A DNA stretch of 16,330 nt. Origin: an uncultured Clostridia bacterium (GTDB lineage Bacteria > Bacillota > Clostridia > Christensenellales > Aristaeellaceae). The translations under genes were made by a program, and so were the position numbers. Each line of letters opens with the position of its first letter. The first letter of the stretch is position 1. The notes below the pieces were generated by a model that saw only the letters and a list, made by a program, of their open reading frames with translations, was not told the origin of the DNA and searched no databases. The DNA lies in the NCBI GenBank assembly GCA_937886445.1, contig CALGBY010000119.1, positions 1-16,330 on the forward strand, read 5' to 3'. Below are positions 1 to 8,356 of this stretch, one piece after another.

Positions 1-1
1 C

Positions 2-2719
2 AGCAACTGGATCAGCAACCATGTTCCCGGCTTCGAAAAGGAAAACAACTATCTCCGCCGGACCAGGCTCGTGGCCGATACTCTTCTTCGCCCGGAAGAC
101 CGGGAGCAGTTTCTCGCGGCAGTTGATCCTGACGTCGTGATGGAAAAAGTCAGGGGTGCCGTACCCTATTATGTGGAGTTCTGCGCCGCTGCAGACGGCG
201 AGACTCACTGGTATCAGGCGAAATATGTTCATCACGGCGCGCACGGGAATCACAAATGCGCGATCCTCGGCATCACCAACATTGATGAGATGGTGGCTCA
301 GAAGGCACACAACGAAGAGATCCTCATGAAGAATCTGAGCATTATCGAGGGTGTCGCGTCCAAATTTGCTTCGGTCCTCTATGTGGATCTGAAAGACGGT
401 TCCTTTACGTACCATATTATTCAGCAGAACCGCCAGGAACGGTATGACAAGTACGCCGCGGGCAACCCGACCTTTGACGAGGCATTCCGGACCTATGCGG
501 AAGATGTTGTTTACAAAAATGAGCAGGAAAACATCATTGAGACCTGTAAGCTGGAAAACATCCGTAACCGTCTGGCACAGGAACCGCAGTATACGGAAAC
601 ATTCCGGATCTTCAATGAAGAACGGATCGCACTGTGTCAGATGAAGATCGTGCGGGTTGAAAGCGACAACGGTGTACCGAAGGCCGCGGCCATCGGTTTC
701 TCCTATGATGAAGAAGAAGTGGCCATGAATTTCATCGATGAGAAGCTCCGTGACGAATACGAGGCGCTGTATCTCATCGATCTGGAAAATGACGAATACC
801 TTCGTCTGAGGCTTGCCTCGCATCTGAATTTTGAAAGAAATCAGCACGGGATCTTCACGAAGATCCTTCCCCAGTACGCGCAGGTCGTTCTGCCGGAATA
901 CCGCGAGATCTGGGAGAAATTTGTCGATCTTGATTTCTTCCGCCAGTATCTCGCGGATTCGGACCGGAAAGAGCTGGTGTATCAGGTATCCGGCGCGCAG
1001 ATCGAGTGGCGCCGGGCCGTTATACAGGTGATACAGAGAAAGAACGGCGTTGCCACGCTGTTCATCTTTACCTTCCAGCGGATCGACAGGGAGCAGGGAG
1101 AAAAGCTTTCGCTTCTTGAGACCATCCAGAAGCAGCACGAGGCGCTTCAGCAGGCGCTTGAAATGGCTCAGAGCGCCAATAAGGCAAAGACCGTGTTCCT
1201 CAACAATATGTCCCACGATATCCGCACCCCGATGAACGCCATCATCGGCTATACCGGCCTTGCCGCCTCGCATATCGACAGCAAGGAGCTGGTGACGGAA
1301 TATCTGAAAAAGATCGGCCAGTCCTCCGAGCATCTGCTTTCCCTGATCAACGATATTCTGGATATGTCGAGGATCGAATCGGGCAAAATGACGCTCAATG
1401 AGCAGGAGGAGGATCTTTCCGAGATCGTTCACACCATCCGCAGCATCACACAGTCCGGCATCGCCGCGAAGAGCATTGAATTCTTTGTGGATGTGTTTGA
1501 CCTGAAGGATGAATATGTCATCTGCGATAAGCTCAGGATCAATCAGGTGCTTTTGAACATTCTTTCCAATGCCATCAAATATACGCCCGCACGCGGCACC
1601 ATTACCTTTAAGGTATCCGAGCACAGGGCGAAATCCGAAGGCTACGCCACCTACCGGTTCTCTGTCCGGGATACCGGCATCGGCATGAGCGAGGAATTCC
1701 TGAAAACGATATTCGACCCGTTTACAAGAGAAAAATCCTCCACCGTTTCCGGCATCCAGGGGACGGGCCTCGGTATGTCCATCTCGAAGAACATCGTTGA
1801 TATGATGGGCGGAAGGATCAACATCACAAGCAAGGAAAACGCGGGCACAGAGGTGGTCGTCGAGTTTGATCTGAAGATCGCCGGAGCACGGAATGAAAGC
1901 GTGCCGGACGCGCTGGAGAAGCTCAAAGGGCTTCGCGGCCTCGTTGTGGATGACGATCTCGTTGCCTGCGTGAGCATTTCCAAGATGCTGAAGGATATCT
2001 CCATGAGGAGCGAATGGTGCTCCTCCGGCAAGGAGGCCGTCTTCAGGGCGCAGACCGCTTATGAAGAGGGGGACAACTTCAGCGTATACATCATCGACTG
2101 GCTGATGCCAGATATGAACGGCATCGAGACGGCCAGAAGGATCCGCAGCGTGGTGGGCGATTTTACGCCCATCATCATCCTGACCGCGTATGACTGGGCG
2201 GAGATCGAGCAGGAGGCCTATGAGGCCGGCGTTACCGCGTTTGTCAATAAGCCGCTCTTTATGTCCGACCTGAAAAAGACGCTCATCGCCTGCTGCGATC
2301 CGGACGCGTCTAAGGAAGTACCGGAGGAAAAGGCCGATTATACCGGAAAAAAGCTTCTGCTTGTGGAAGATAATGAAATGAACCGGGAGATCGCCTGCGA
2401 GATCCTTGAGGAATACGGGTTCGTTATCGATACCGCCGTGGACGGCACCTACGCCGTTGAAAAAATGGAAAAAGCGCAGCCGGGGCAGTATGATCTGATC
2501 CTGATGGATATCCAGATGCCCATGATGGACGGCTATGAGGCAACGAGAAGGATACGCGCCCTGCCTGACCCGGCGATCGCGAATATCCCCATCATCGCCA
2601 TGACGGCGAATGCCTTTGAGGAGGACCGTCAGCTGGCGCTGGCGGCCGGCATGAATGAGCATATCGCGAAGCCGATCGATGTTCCCAAGCTGATGAAGAC
2701 CCTTGGGGAGATCCTGTAA
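2..2719 (+). CDS. Hybrid sensor histidine kinase/response regulator (soluble sensor region + HisKA + HATPase_c + two REC domains), 5'-partial
   Basis: The frame of ORF 71..2719 has no stop back to base 2, so the true start probably lies upstream; GTG 71 is only the first in-window start. H-box NNMSHDIRTPMNAIIGY (His codon 1214-1216), N-box LLNILSNAIKYTP, G1 DTGIGM, G2 GTGLGMSISKNIV. REC1 phospho-Asp is in YIIDWLMPDMNG (2096-2098) and REC2 phospho-Asp in LILMDIQMPMMDG (2507-2509), each followed by T and K motifs (ILTAYD/NKP; AMTANA/AKP). No TM span in the visible ~360-aa sensor part. Confidence 0.9.
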   Translation, partial: SNWISNHVPGFEKENNYLRRTRLVADTLLRPEDREQFLAAVDPDVVMEKVRGAVPYYVEFCAAADGETHWYQAKYVHHGAHGNHKCAILGITNIDEMVAQKAHNEEILMKNLSIIEGVASKFASVLYVDLKDGSFTYHIIQQNRQERYDKYAAGNPTFDEAFRTYAEDVVYKNEQENIIETCKLENIRNRLAQEPQYTETFRIFNEERIALCQMKIVRVESDNGVPKAAAIGFSYDEEEVAMNFIDEKLRDEYEALYLIDLENDEYLRLRLASHLNFERNQHGIFTKILPQYAQVVLPEYREIWEKFVDLDFFRQYLADSDRKELVYQVSGAQIEWRRAVIQVIQRKNGVATLFIFTFQRIDREQGEKLSLLETIQKQHEALQQALEMAQSANKAKTVFLNNMSHDIRTPMNAIIGYTGLAASHIDSKELVTEYLKKIGQSSEHLLSLINDILDMSRIESGKMTLNEQEEDLSEIVHTIRSITQSGIAAKSIEFFVDVFDLKDEYVICDKLRINQVLLNILSNAIKYTPARGTITFKVSEHRAKSEGYATYRFSVRDTGIGMSEEFLKTIFDPFTREKSSTVSGIQGTGLGMSISKNIVDMMGGRINITSKENAGTEVVVEFDLKIAGARNESVPDALEKLKGLRGLVVDDDLVACVSISKMLKDISMRSEWCSSGKEAVFRAQTAYEEGDNFSVYIIDWLMPDMNGIETARRIRSVVGDFTPIIILTAYDWAEIEQEAYEAGVTAFVNKPLFMSDLKKTLIACCDPDASKEVPEEKADYTGKKLLLVEDNEMNREIACEILEEYGFVIDTAVDGTYAVEKMEKAQPGQYDLILMDIQMPMMDGYEATRRIRALPDPAIANIPIIAMTANAFEEDRQLALAAGMNEHIAKPIDVPKLMKTLGEIL

Positions 2720-2735
2720 AGCGGATAAGAGCAAA

Positions 2736-2797
2736 CGGCGCGGCGGGCTTTCGGGCGGAAAACACCGGAAGACCCGCCGCGCCGTGACTGTTTTTTC
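2736..2797 (+). terminator. Rho-independent terminator of the kinase gene
   Basis: Perfect 12-bp GC stem cggcgcggcggg (2736-2747) / cccgccgcgccg (2773-2784), with further pairing inside the loop. T6 follows at 2791-2796. The stem starts 17 nt after the stop codon. Confidence 0.85.
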
Positions 2798-2803
2798 GGA
2801 ATA

Positions 2804-2832
2804 TTGACATTTTCTGTTTCAGGTGTTATGAT
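2804..2832 (+). promoter_or_regulatory. Sigma-A promoter with extended -10
   Basis: TTGACA (2804-2809), 17-nt spacer, TGt-TATGAT (2824-2832). Confidence 0.75.
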
Positions 2833-3102
2833 TTGACCATCAATCCCGGCTGAGCCGGGAATCGGAGGTGCTTTTTGGAATCGGTCGCATAAAAGGCGGG
2901 GATGCATAACAGATACGCGGGCGCGTGACCGCTTATTTGTGCTGTGCTCCTTCGGCTCTGACCGTTCCGTGAGAGAGCCTCTTTTTTGATATAGCTTTCC
3001 CGAACGCGTCTTCCGGGCCGCCTGCTTTATTGTTCACACGCGTACCCAGAGAAATGCCGGATCGATCGGCGTTTCCCTGACATCATACAGGAGAAGAATG
3101 AC
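2833..3102 (+). promoter_or_regulatory. ~265-nt structured 5' leader (or separate small RNA) upstream of the GNAT-methyltransferase gene; class not recognised
   Basis: It lies between a consensus promoter and ATG 3103. It contains hairpin tcccggc-tga-gccggga (2844-2860), direct repeat GGAATCGG (2858-2865, 2877-2884), and GGAGG (2864-2868) 6 nt before a TTG mini-ORF (2875-2892, M-E-S-V-A-stop). A terminator-like hairpin sits at 2954-2987. Confidence 0.45.
2954..2987 (+). terminator. Candidate attenuator/terminator inside the leader
   Basis: ggctct (2954-2959) pairs with agagcc (2974-2979), plus inner ac/gt pairs. It is followed by tcTTTTTT (2980-2987). The stem is imperfect. Confidence 0.4.
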
Positions 3103-4932
3103 ATGGATAACAGTAAAATGACGGATATCGAGATCAGGAAAGAAACAGAACAGGATTATTTCGCCACGGAGGCGATGGTGCGCCGCGCCTTCTGGAACAA
3201 GTACCGCCCTGGCTGCGATGAACACCTTATGGTGCGCGCCATGCGCTCGCACCCGGATTTTCTGCCGGAGTTCAGCCGCGTTGCCGTATGCGGCGATAGG
3301 ATAGCGGGCGTTATCATGTATTTCAAGTGCAGAGTGCTCTGGCAGGGGAAGGAGATCATCGTTCCCTCCTTCGGCCCTCTCTGCGCGGATCATGCTTTCA
3401 AAAATCAGGGCATCGGCAGCCGTCTTCTGGAGGAGACCCTGCCGCTGGTCCAGGCCGCGGGCTATCCCGGCGTGATCATCTTCGGTGAGCCGGATTATTA
3501 CCCCCGGCATGGCTTCGTCCGCGCGGGAAAGCTCGGCCTTACCGATATGGACGGCAATGCCTGGGATGCCTTTATGGCTCTTGAATTCACGCCCGGCGCG
3601 CTGCGCATGCCCGGAGGAAAATTCATGGAATCCTCTCTGGCGGAGGACTTTCCTCATGAGGAGCCTGCCGTTCCGGCCCCGGACAGGCCGTTTGAAAAGC
3701 TCGCGAAGGCGGTGCGCCCCTGCCAGTGGACCTATGACAACGCTTCAGAGGAAAAGAACGGCTACCGCCTCAGGTACGCCGTGGAGGATCCCCGTGCCTT
3801 TGATATGCTGTTCCGGCAGTATATTGCCGAGCTTTCCCGCTATGACGAAAGCCTGTCGCGCCATGACCCCGCCGCCATGGTGCGGGAGCTGCGCGCGGAT
3901 ACGAACAAGGCCACCTATCTCATCATGAAGCATGATGAGCCCATCGGCCTGTTCGTTTCCTCCGTGCCCGGGCCGGAGGATGAGGGGGACGGCTGCACCG
4001 CTTATCTTGAGGAGATCTGGGTGCGCCCGGAAAACCGCGGTCAGGGCATCGCGACCGATCTTTTCCTGCGCTTTCTGCGCCAGCAGACCGGACCGACCGG
4101 GTTCTGCGTTATTCCCGCCAACCCCGCCGGAGCGCTGTGGCGCGCGCTGCTTGAAAAGGAGGGCTATTCCTACACCGAGTCTGAAGCGGAGGAGGGTCTG
4201 CGCTTTATCCGCGTCATGCCCCGCACCCTTTCGGATAAGTACCGCCGGTTCTTTACCGCAAGCTACATGATGGGTCCCAACGCTCTGCTGCTGCTGGATG
4301 CCCACGCGCGGCACGATCCCGGCCTCATCCGGGGCAATGTGATGGATCTCGGCTGCGGTGAGGGTCTTACCACGATGTATCTGGCCAATGAGACCGCCGC
4401 CGAAAGGATCTATGCCGTGGATCTCTGGATCTCCGCCACCGACAACCTGAAGCGCTTCCGTGAGAACGGCATCGCGCACAAGGCTGTCCCGATCCATGCC
4501 GACGCATTGGCGAAAACCTTCCCGGATGACTTTTTCGATACCCTTGTCAGCGTGGATGCCTTTCACTACTTCGGTACGCCGGAGGGCGTTTTCGGCGAAA
4601 AGATCCTGCCGATGGTCAAACAGGGCGGAGCGCTTTTGCTGTCCGTCCCCGGGCTTGCACGCGAGCCGGATGCCGCGGAGCAGGCCCTTCTGGACGAATG
4701 GGCGGGCGATGAAGCCTATATGTTCCGCACGCCCGGCTGGTGGCGGGCGCATCTTGAAAAGGAAAGCGCCGGCACGGCTGATGTCTGTGTTGATACCGTT
4801 TCCGATCCGGACTTTTTCTGGCAGGACTGGTACGCTACCGGGCACGAATACGCCCTGCGCGACCGTGATTTTCTTGACCGCGGCCTGAACAGCGTGATCA
4901 CCTTCCTGCTCATCACCGTGCGCAGGCACTGA
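3103..4932 (+). CDS. Three-domain fusion: YhbS-type GNAT acetyltransferase + second GNAT domain + class I SAM-dependent methyltransferase
   Basis: AGGAGA (3089-3094) lies 8 nt before ATG 3103. aa 1-175 look like a COG3153/YhbS-like GNAT (FKNQGIGSRLLE, GEPDYYPRHGF, FMALEF). aa ~220-375 form a second GNAT fold (EEIWVRPENRGQGIATDLFLRFL). aa ~385-609 are a methyltransferase (motif I VMDLGCGEGL at 4339-4368, VSVDAFHYF, GGALLLSVP). Confidence 0.85.
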   Translation: MDNSKMTDIEIRKETEQDYFATEAMVRRAFWNKYRPGCDEHLMVRAMRSHPDFLPEFSRVAVCGDRIAGVIMYFKCRVLWQGKEIIVPSFGPLCADHAFKNQGIGSRLLEETLPLVQAAGYPGVIIFGEPDYYPRHGFVRAGKLGLTDMDGNAWDAFMALEFTPGALRMPGGKFMESSLAEDFPHEEPAVPAPDRPFEKLAKAVRPCQWTYDNASEEKNGYRLRYAVEDPRAFDMLFRQYIAELSRYDESLSRHDPAAMVRELRADTNKATYLIMKHDEPIGLFVSSVPGPEDEGDGCTAYLEEIWVRPENRGQGIATDLFLRFLRQQTGPTGFCVIPANPAGALWRALLEKEGYSYTESEAEEGLRFIRVMPRTLSDKYRRFFTASYMMGPNALLLLDAHARHDPGLIRGNVMDLGCGEGLTTMYLANETAAERIYAVDLWISATDNLKRFRENGIAHKAVPIHADALAKTFPDDFFDTLVSVDAFHYFGTPEGVFGEKILPMVKQGGALLLSVPGLAREPDAAEQALLDEWAGDEAYMFRTPGWWRAHLEKESAGTADVCVDTVSDPDFFWQDWYATGHEYALRDRDFLDRGLNSVITFLLITVRRH

Positions 4933-4997
4933 GCAGGCTGTTTCCCTGCCTGCCGCGGGGGGGGGAGAGCGCGGCTCAAACGGCTTGAAAAAATATA

Positions 4998-5015
4998 CGG
5001 GAGCATGTGCTCCCG
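4998..5015 (-). terminator. Palindromic hairpin, possible minus-strand terminator or protein-binding site
   Basis: cgggagca-tg-tgctcccg has 8-bp arms. On the minus strand it is followed by tatatttttt (complement of 4988-4997). Confidence 0.3.
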
Positions 5016-5025
5016 CACGATACCG

Positions 5026-5060
5026 GCCTGAGAGGCGGCCTGCCGCATCTCAGGCTTTTT
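5026..5060 (+). terminator. Rho-independent terminator of the GNAT-methyltransferase gene
   Basis: gcctgag (5026-5032) pairs with ctcaggc (5049-5055), with an inner gcgg/ccgc extension. T5 follows at 5056-5060, about 95 nt after the stop. Confidence 0.7.
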
Positions 5061-5132
5061 GCAAAGAGACATGGGTGCCTCCTCCGGTGGACGAAGCATG
5101 GGCACGGGGGGCGGGAGAAGCAGGGAAGATAT

Positions 5133-5227
5133 GCGGATCTTGGAAAAACGGACAAAATACGGCGGATCTGCTATGGAAAAACGGACAAACAGGATAGATC
5201 CCTTATGGAAAGCTTTTTGCCTTATGG
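5133..5227. repeat. Phased direct repeats in an orphan non-coding region
   Basis: GCGGATCT + TGGAAAAACGGACAAA occurs twice (5133-5156 and 5162-5189; the 16-mers start 33 nt apart). A third partial TATGGAAAG sits at 5204-5212. CCTTATGG is duplicated at 5201-5208 and 5220-5227. Confidence 0.6.
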
Positions 5228-5262
5228 CTGCTGATTAGTTACCGGCACTTTTGTAAGCAAAA

Positions 5263-5296
5263 GGGACATTGACTTTATCGGTCAATGCCCGCTTTT
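5263..5296. terminator. Bidirectional-type hairpin, probable terminator of the toxin-antitoxin operon
   Basis: gggacattgac (5263-5273) pairs with gtcaatgccc (5281-5290): 10 bp with one bulge and a 7-nt loop. It is flanked by caaaa upstream and gcTTTT downstream, giving a U-run on both strands. It lies ~105 nt downstream of the toxin stop. Confidence 0.45.
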
Positions 5297-5396
5297 ATGC
5301 CTTCATAATGATTCGTCTTTAGTTCGCATCTTTTGTCATTTCAGTGCTGACGATCGGCTGCATGCTCCGCAACCGTGAGAGTCGGTTCAGATACAT

Positions 5397-5732
5397 TCAT
5401 CTCATCCTTCGGTCGGTCATCTGTTTTGTCTGGTCTCTTCCCGTATAGATCACCGCGCTGACCTTTACCGCCATTTCCTCATCATCCACGAGGAAATAGA
5501 TATAATAATTTCTGACTCTTGTCTTCCGTATGTCCGCGTCTTTCCATGGCTGTTCATCAACCGTTTTGATGCGCTTGGGCATTTTTGACAGAGACTTTAT
5601 CTCTTTCTCGAAAGCTTCCTGCAGATTCAGGGCTGCCTGCGGTGCAGTCAGTTCTCTTGCAATATACAGAACTATGCTTCTGATGTCCTGCTGTGCTTCC
5701 GGGAGAATGATCACACGGTAAATATCACACAT
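5397..5732 (-). CDS. Type II toxin, ParE/RelE family
   Basis: ATG 5732 overlaps the antitoxin stop by 8 nt (ATGTGTGA), so the ORF-track TTG at 5741 is less likely. YRVIILPEAQQDIRSI...NYYIYFLVDDEEMAVKVSAVIYTGRD fits the ParE/RelE (PF05016-type) pattern. Confidence 0.85.
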   Translation of the reverse strand: MCDIYRVIILPEAQQDIRSIVLYIARELTAPQAALNLQEAFEKEIKSLSKMPKRIKTVDEQPWKDADIRKTRVRNYYIYFLVDDEEMAVKVSAVIYTGRDQTKQMTDRRMR

Positions 5733-6042
5733 GCGGATCAAGTATCTCCTGCCTCAGGGATGAAAAGAACTCGTCCGCAGGCATACCTTCTCCCGCCTTT
5801 GCCTCAGCAAGACCGCGGGCCATTTTTGCGTCAAACTCTTCCTTCGTCATTTCGTCCAGAGCAAGAGGTTTACCTGCCGGGAGCGAAGGCCTGAACGGAA
5901 GCCCCTTCCAATGGATGATTTGCCTGTAGAACATATTGATCCCGTTAGATGCGGAAATCCCAAGATCGGCAAGAATTGCTTCTGCCTGCTCTTTGATCGC
6001 GGGTTCAACCCTTGCGGTTACGTTCGAACTTCTGATTGCCAT
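5725..6042 (-). CDS. Type II antitoxin, RelB/DinJ family
   Basis: From ATG 6042 the protein starts MAIRSSNVTARVEPAIKEQAEAILADLGISASNGINMFYRQIIHWKGLPF, a RelB/DinJ signature. GAAAGG lies upstream. The ORF-track start 6108 lies upstream of the predicted promoter, so it is rejected. Confidence 0.85.
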   Translation of the reverse strand: MAIRSSNVTARVEPAIKEQAEAILADLGISASNGINMFYRQIIHWKGLPFRPSLPAGKPLALDEMTKEEFDAKMARGLAEAKAGEGMPADEFFSSLRQEILDPHV

Positions 6043-6068
6043 ACAAAGCACCGCCTTTCTATGCTGCA

Positions 6069-6103
6069 ATCTTATCACTTTGTATGTCAGAGTGCAATAC
6101 AAA
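6069..6103 (-). promoter_or_regulatory. Toxin-antitoxin promoter with overlapping inverted-repeat operator
   Basis: On the minus strand: TTGCAC (6097-6092), 17-nt spacer, TAAGAT (6074-6069). Inverted repeat tttgtat (6079-6085) N11 atacaaa (6097-6103) overlaps the -35 box and spacer, as expected for antitoxin autoregulation. Confidence 0.65.
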
Positions 6104-6150
6104 ATCATGATTTTTGATACCGTGTCCCTGAAGGCCGGTTTTTCTGCTCC

Positions 6151-6197
6151 TAAAAAGCGGCTCCTATTTTCGCGTCGTTCTGCGAAAACAGGAGCCG
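6151..6197 (-). terminator. Rho-independent terminator of abfA
   Basis: cggctcct (6158-6165) pairs with aggagccg (6190-6197), with an inner ttttcgc/gcgaaaa extension. On the minus strand it is followed by cTTTTTa (complement of 6151-6157), 83 nt after the abfA stop. Confidence 0.75.
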
Positions 6198-6279
6198 TTT
6201 ATCATTCACAAAATTGAAAAGCACTTGTTCGCGGGGCAGGCAGTCTGTCCCCCTGCGGGGCAGGAGTGTTTTCTGTCGT

Positions 6280-7803
<1,524 letters not shown>

Positions 7804-7888
7804 TCAGGTGTTTATATTTTGCAGCCGGTGTGCTGTTTCTCCGGCAATCCTCCGCCTGATTACGGAGGGTGTTTGAGCCGTTGACTAT

Positions 7889-7917
7889 AGTATACTTCCC
7901 GGCGCTCCGGTTGACAA
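7889..7917 (-). promoter_or_regulatory. abfA promoter
   Basis: On the minus strand: TTGTCA (7917-7912), 17-nt spacer, TATACT (7894-7889). This leaves a ~94-nt leader containing hairpin cctccg-taatcagg-cggagg. Confidence 0.55.
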
Positions 7918-7970
7918 GCACCGCGTGGGAGTGTTTTTGTTTTCTTTTCGGAAAGACGTTGTTTCCGGGG

Positions 7971-7999
7971 AATGAAAAAAGCCCCGCCGGGTGGGTAAA
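7971..7999 (-). terminator. Weak candidate terminator of the XRE operon
   Basis: On the minus strand: acccacccggcggggc followed by TTTTTT. The GC stem is only ~4 bp. Confidence 0.3.
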
Positions 8000-8004
8000 A
8001 AGCG

Positions 8005-8355
8005 CTATTTCAGTTTTACAGCGGGCTTCAGGGGCTTCGCGTCCGGGTACTCATCCGCGGCTTCAAGAAGCAGGAGCTGCAGGTCATCGGATACATCGTC
8101 CGAAGGGTCTGTGTAATCCAGCTTTTTCAGAAGCAAGCATTGCGCCTGCTCCGGGGCGGCGCTGTAGGCTTTCTGCAGGTCACGGTTTGGAAAACTGCCC
8201 ATGTTCAGCTGGAACAGGATGCTGTTGCGGTCCGCTGCCGCGTCCTGTGCGGGGGCAAGCCAGATGTCCTCTCCGCACCGGACCGCGATCACGCCCTTCT
8301 CCGGACGGCGGTTTTTATACTGCTCGCGCAGTTCCTTTCTGCGATCGTTATCCAT
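8005..8355 (-). CDS. Small (116 aa) protein resembling the short GIY-YIG-like family of Firmicutes, with degenerate catalytic motifs
   Basis: ATG 8355 lies 1 nt after the upstream gene's TGA (TGAcATG), with AGAGGG upstream. The pattern RKELREQYKNRRPEKGVIAVR..DIWLA..D...DRNSILFQLNMGSFPNRDLQKAY matches my recollection of small GIY-YIG-annotated proteins (KEL..YK....GVY.I....YIG...DL..R.N.H...L..G.H.N..LQ), but GIY is replaced by GVI and YIG by WLA. The C-terminus is acidic. Confidence 0.5.
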   Translation of the reverse strand: MDNDRRKELREQYKNRRPEKGVIAVRCGEDIWLAPAQDAAADRNSILFQLNMGSFPNRDLQKAYSAAPEQAQCLLLKKLDYTDPSDDVSDDLQLLLLEAADEYPDAKPLKPAVKLK

Positions 8356-8356
8356 G

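Noticed and set aside
2833-2990. T-box or another known riboswitch in the GNAT leader
   Set aside because: GGGCGCGUGACCGC only loosely resembles the T-box GGUGGNACCGCG. No specifier-loop/AGAGA architecture is present and the downstream gene is not amino-acid related. I could find no SAM, purine, glycine, c-di-GMP, ZTP or guanidine consensus.
3745-4929. 394-aa minus-strand ORF opposite the GNAT-methyltransferase gene (also 3034..3657)
   Set aside because: These are antisense shadow ORFs. The plus-strand frame carries GNAT and SAM-binding motifs and a good RBS.
4957-4965. G9 homopolymer as a phase-variation switch
   Set aside because: It lies 25 nt downstream of a stop codon and upstream of the terminator. 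It is not in a coding region or a promoter spacer, so length changes would have no obvious consequence.
4985-5234. ORFs 4985..5197 and 5007..5234 in the orphan region
   Set aside because: The first starts with TTG and neither has an RBS. They run through two hairpin/terminator structures and the direct repeats, and the translations are low-complexity.
7881-7916. Plus-strand TTGACT/TTGACA boxes suggesting a plus-strand promoter
   Set aside because: No acceptable -10 element lies at 16-19 nt and there is no plus-strand gene downstream. The same DNA is well explained as the minus-strand abfA promoter.
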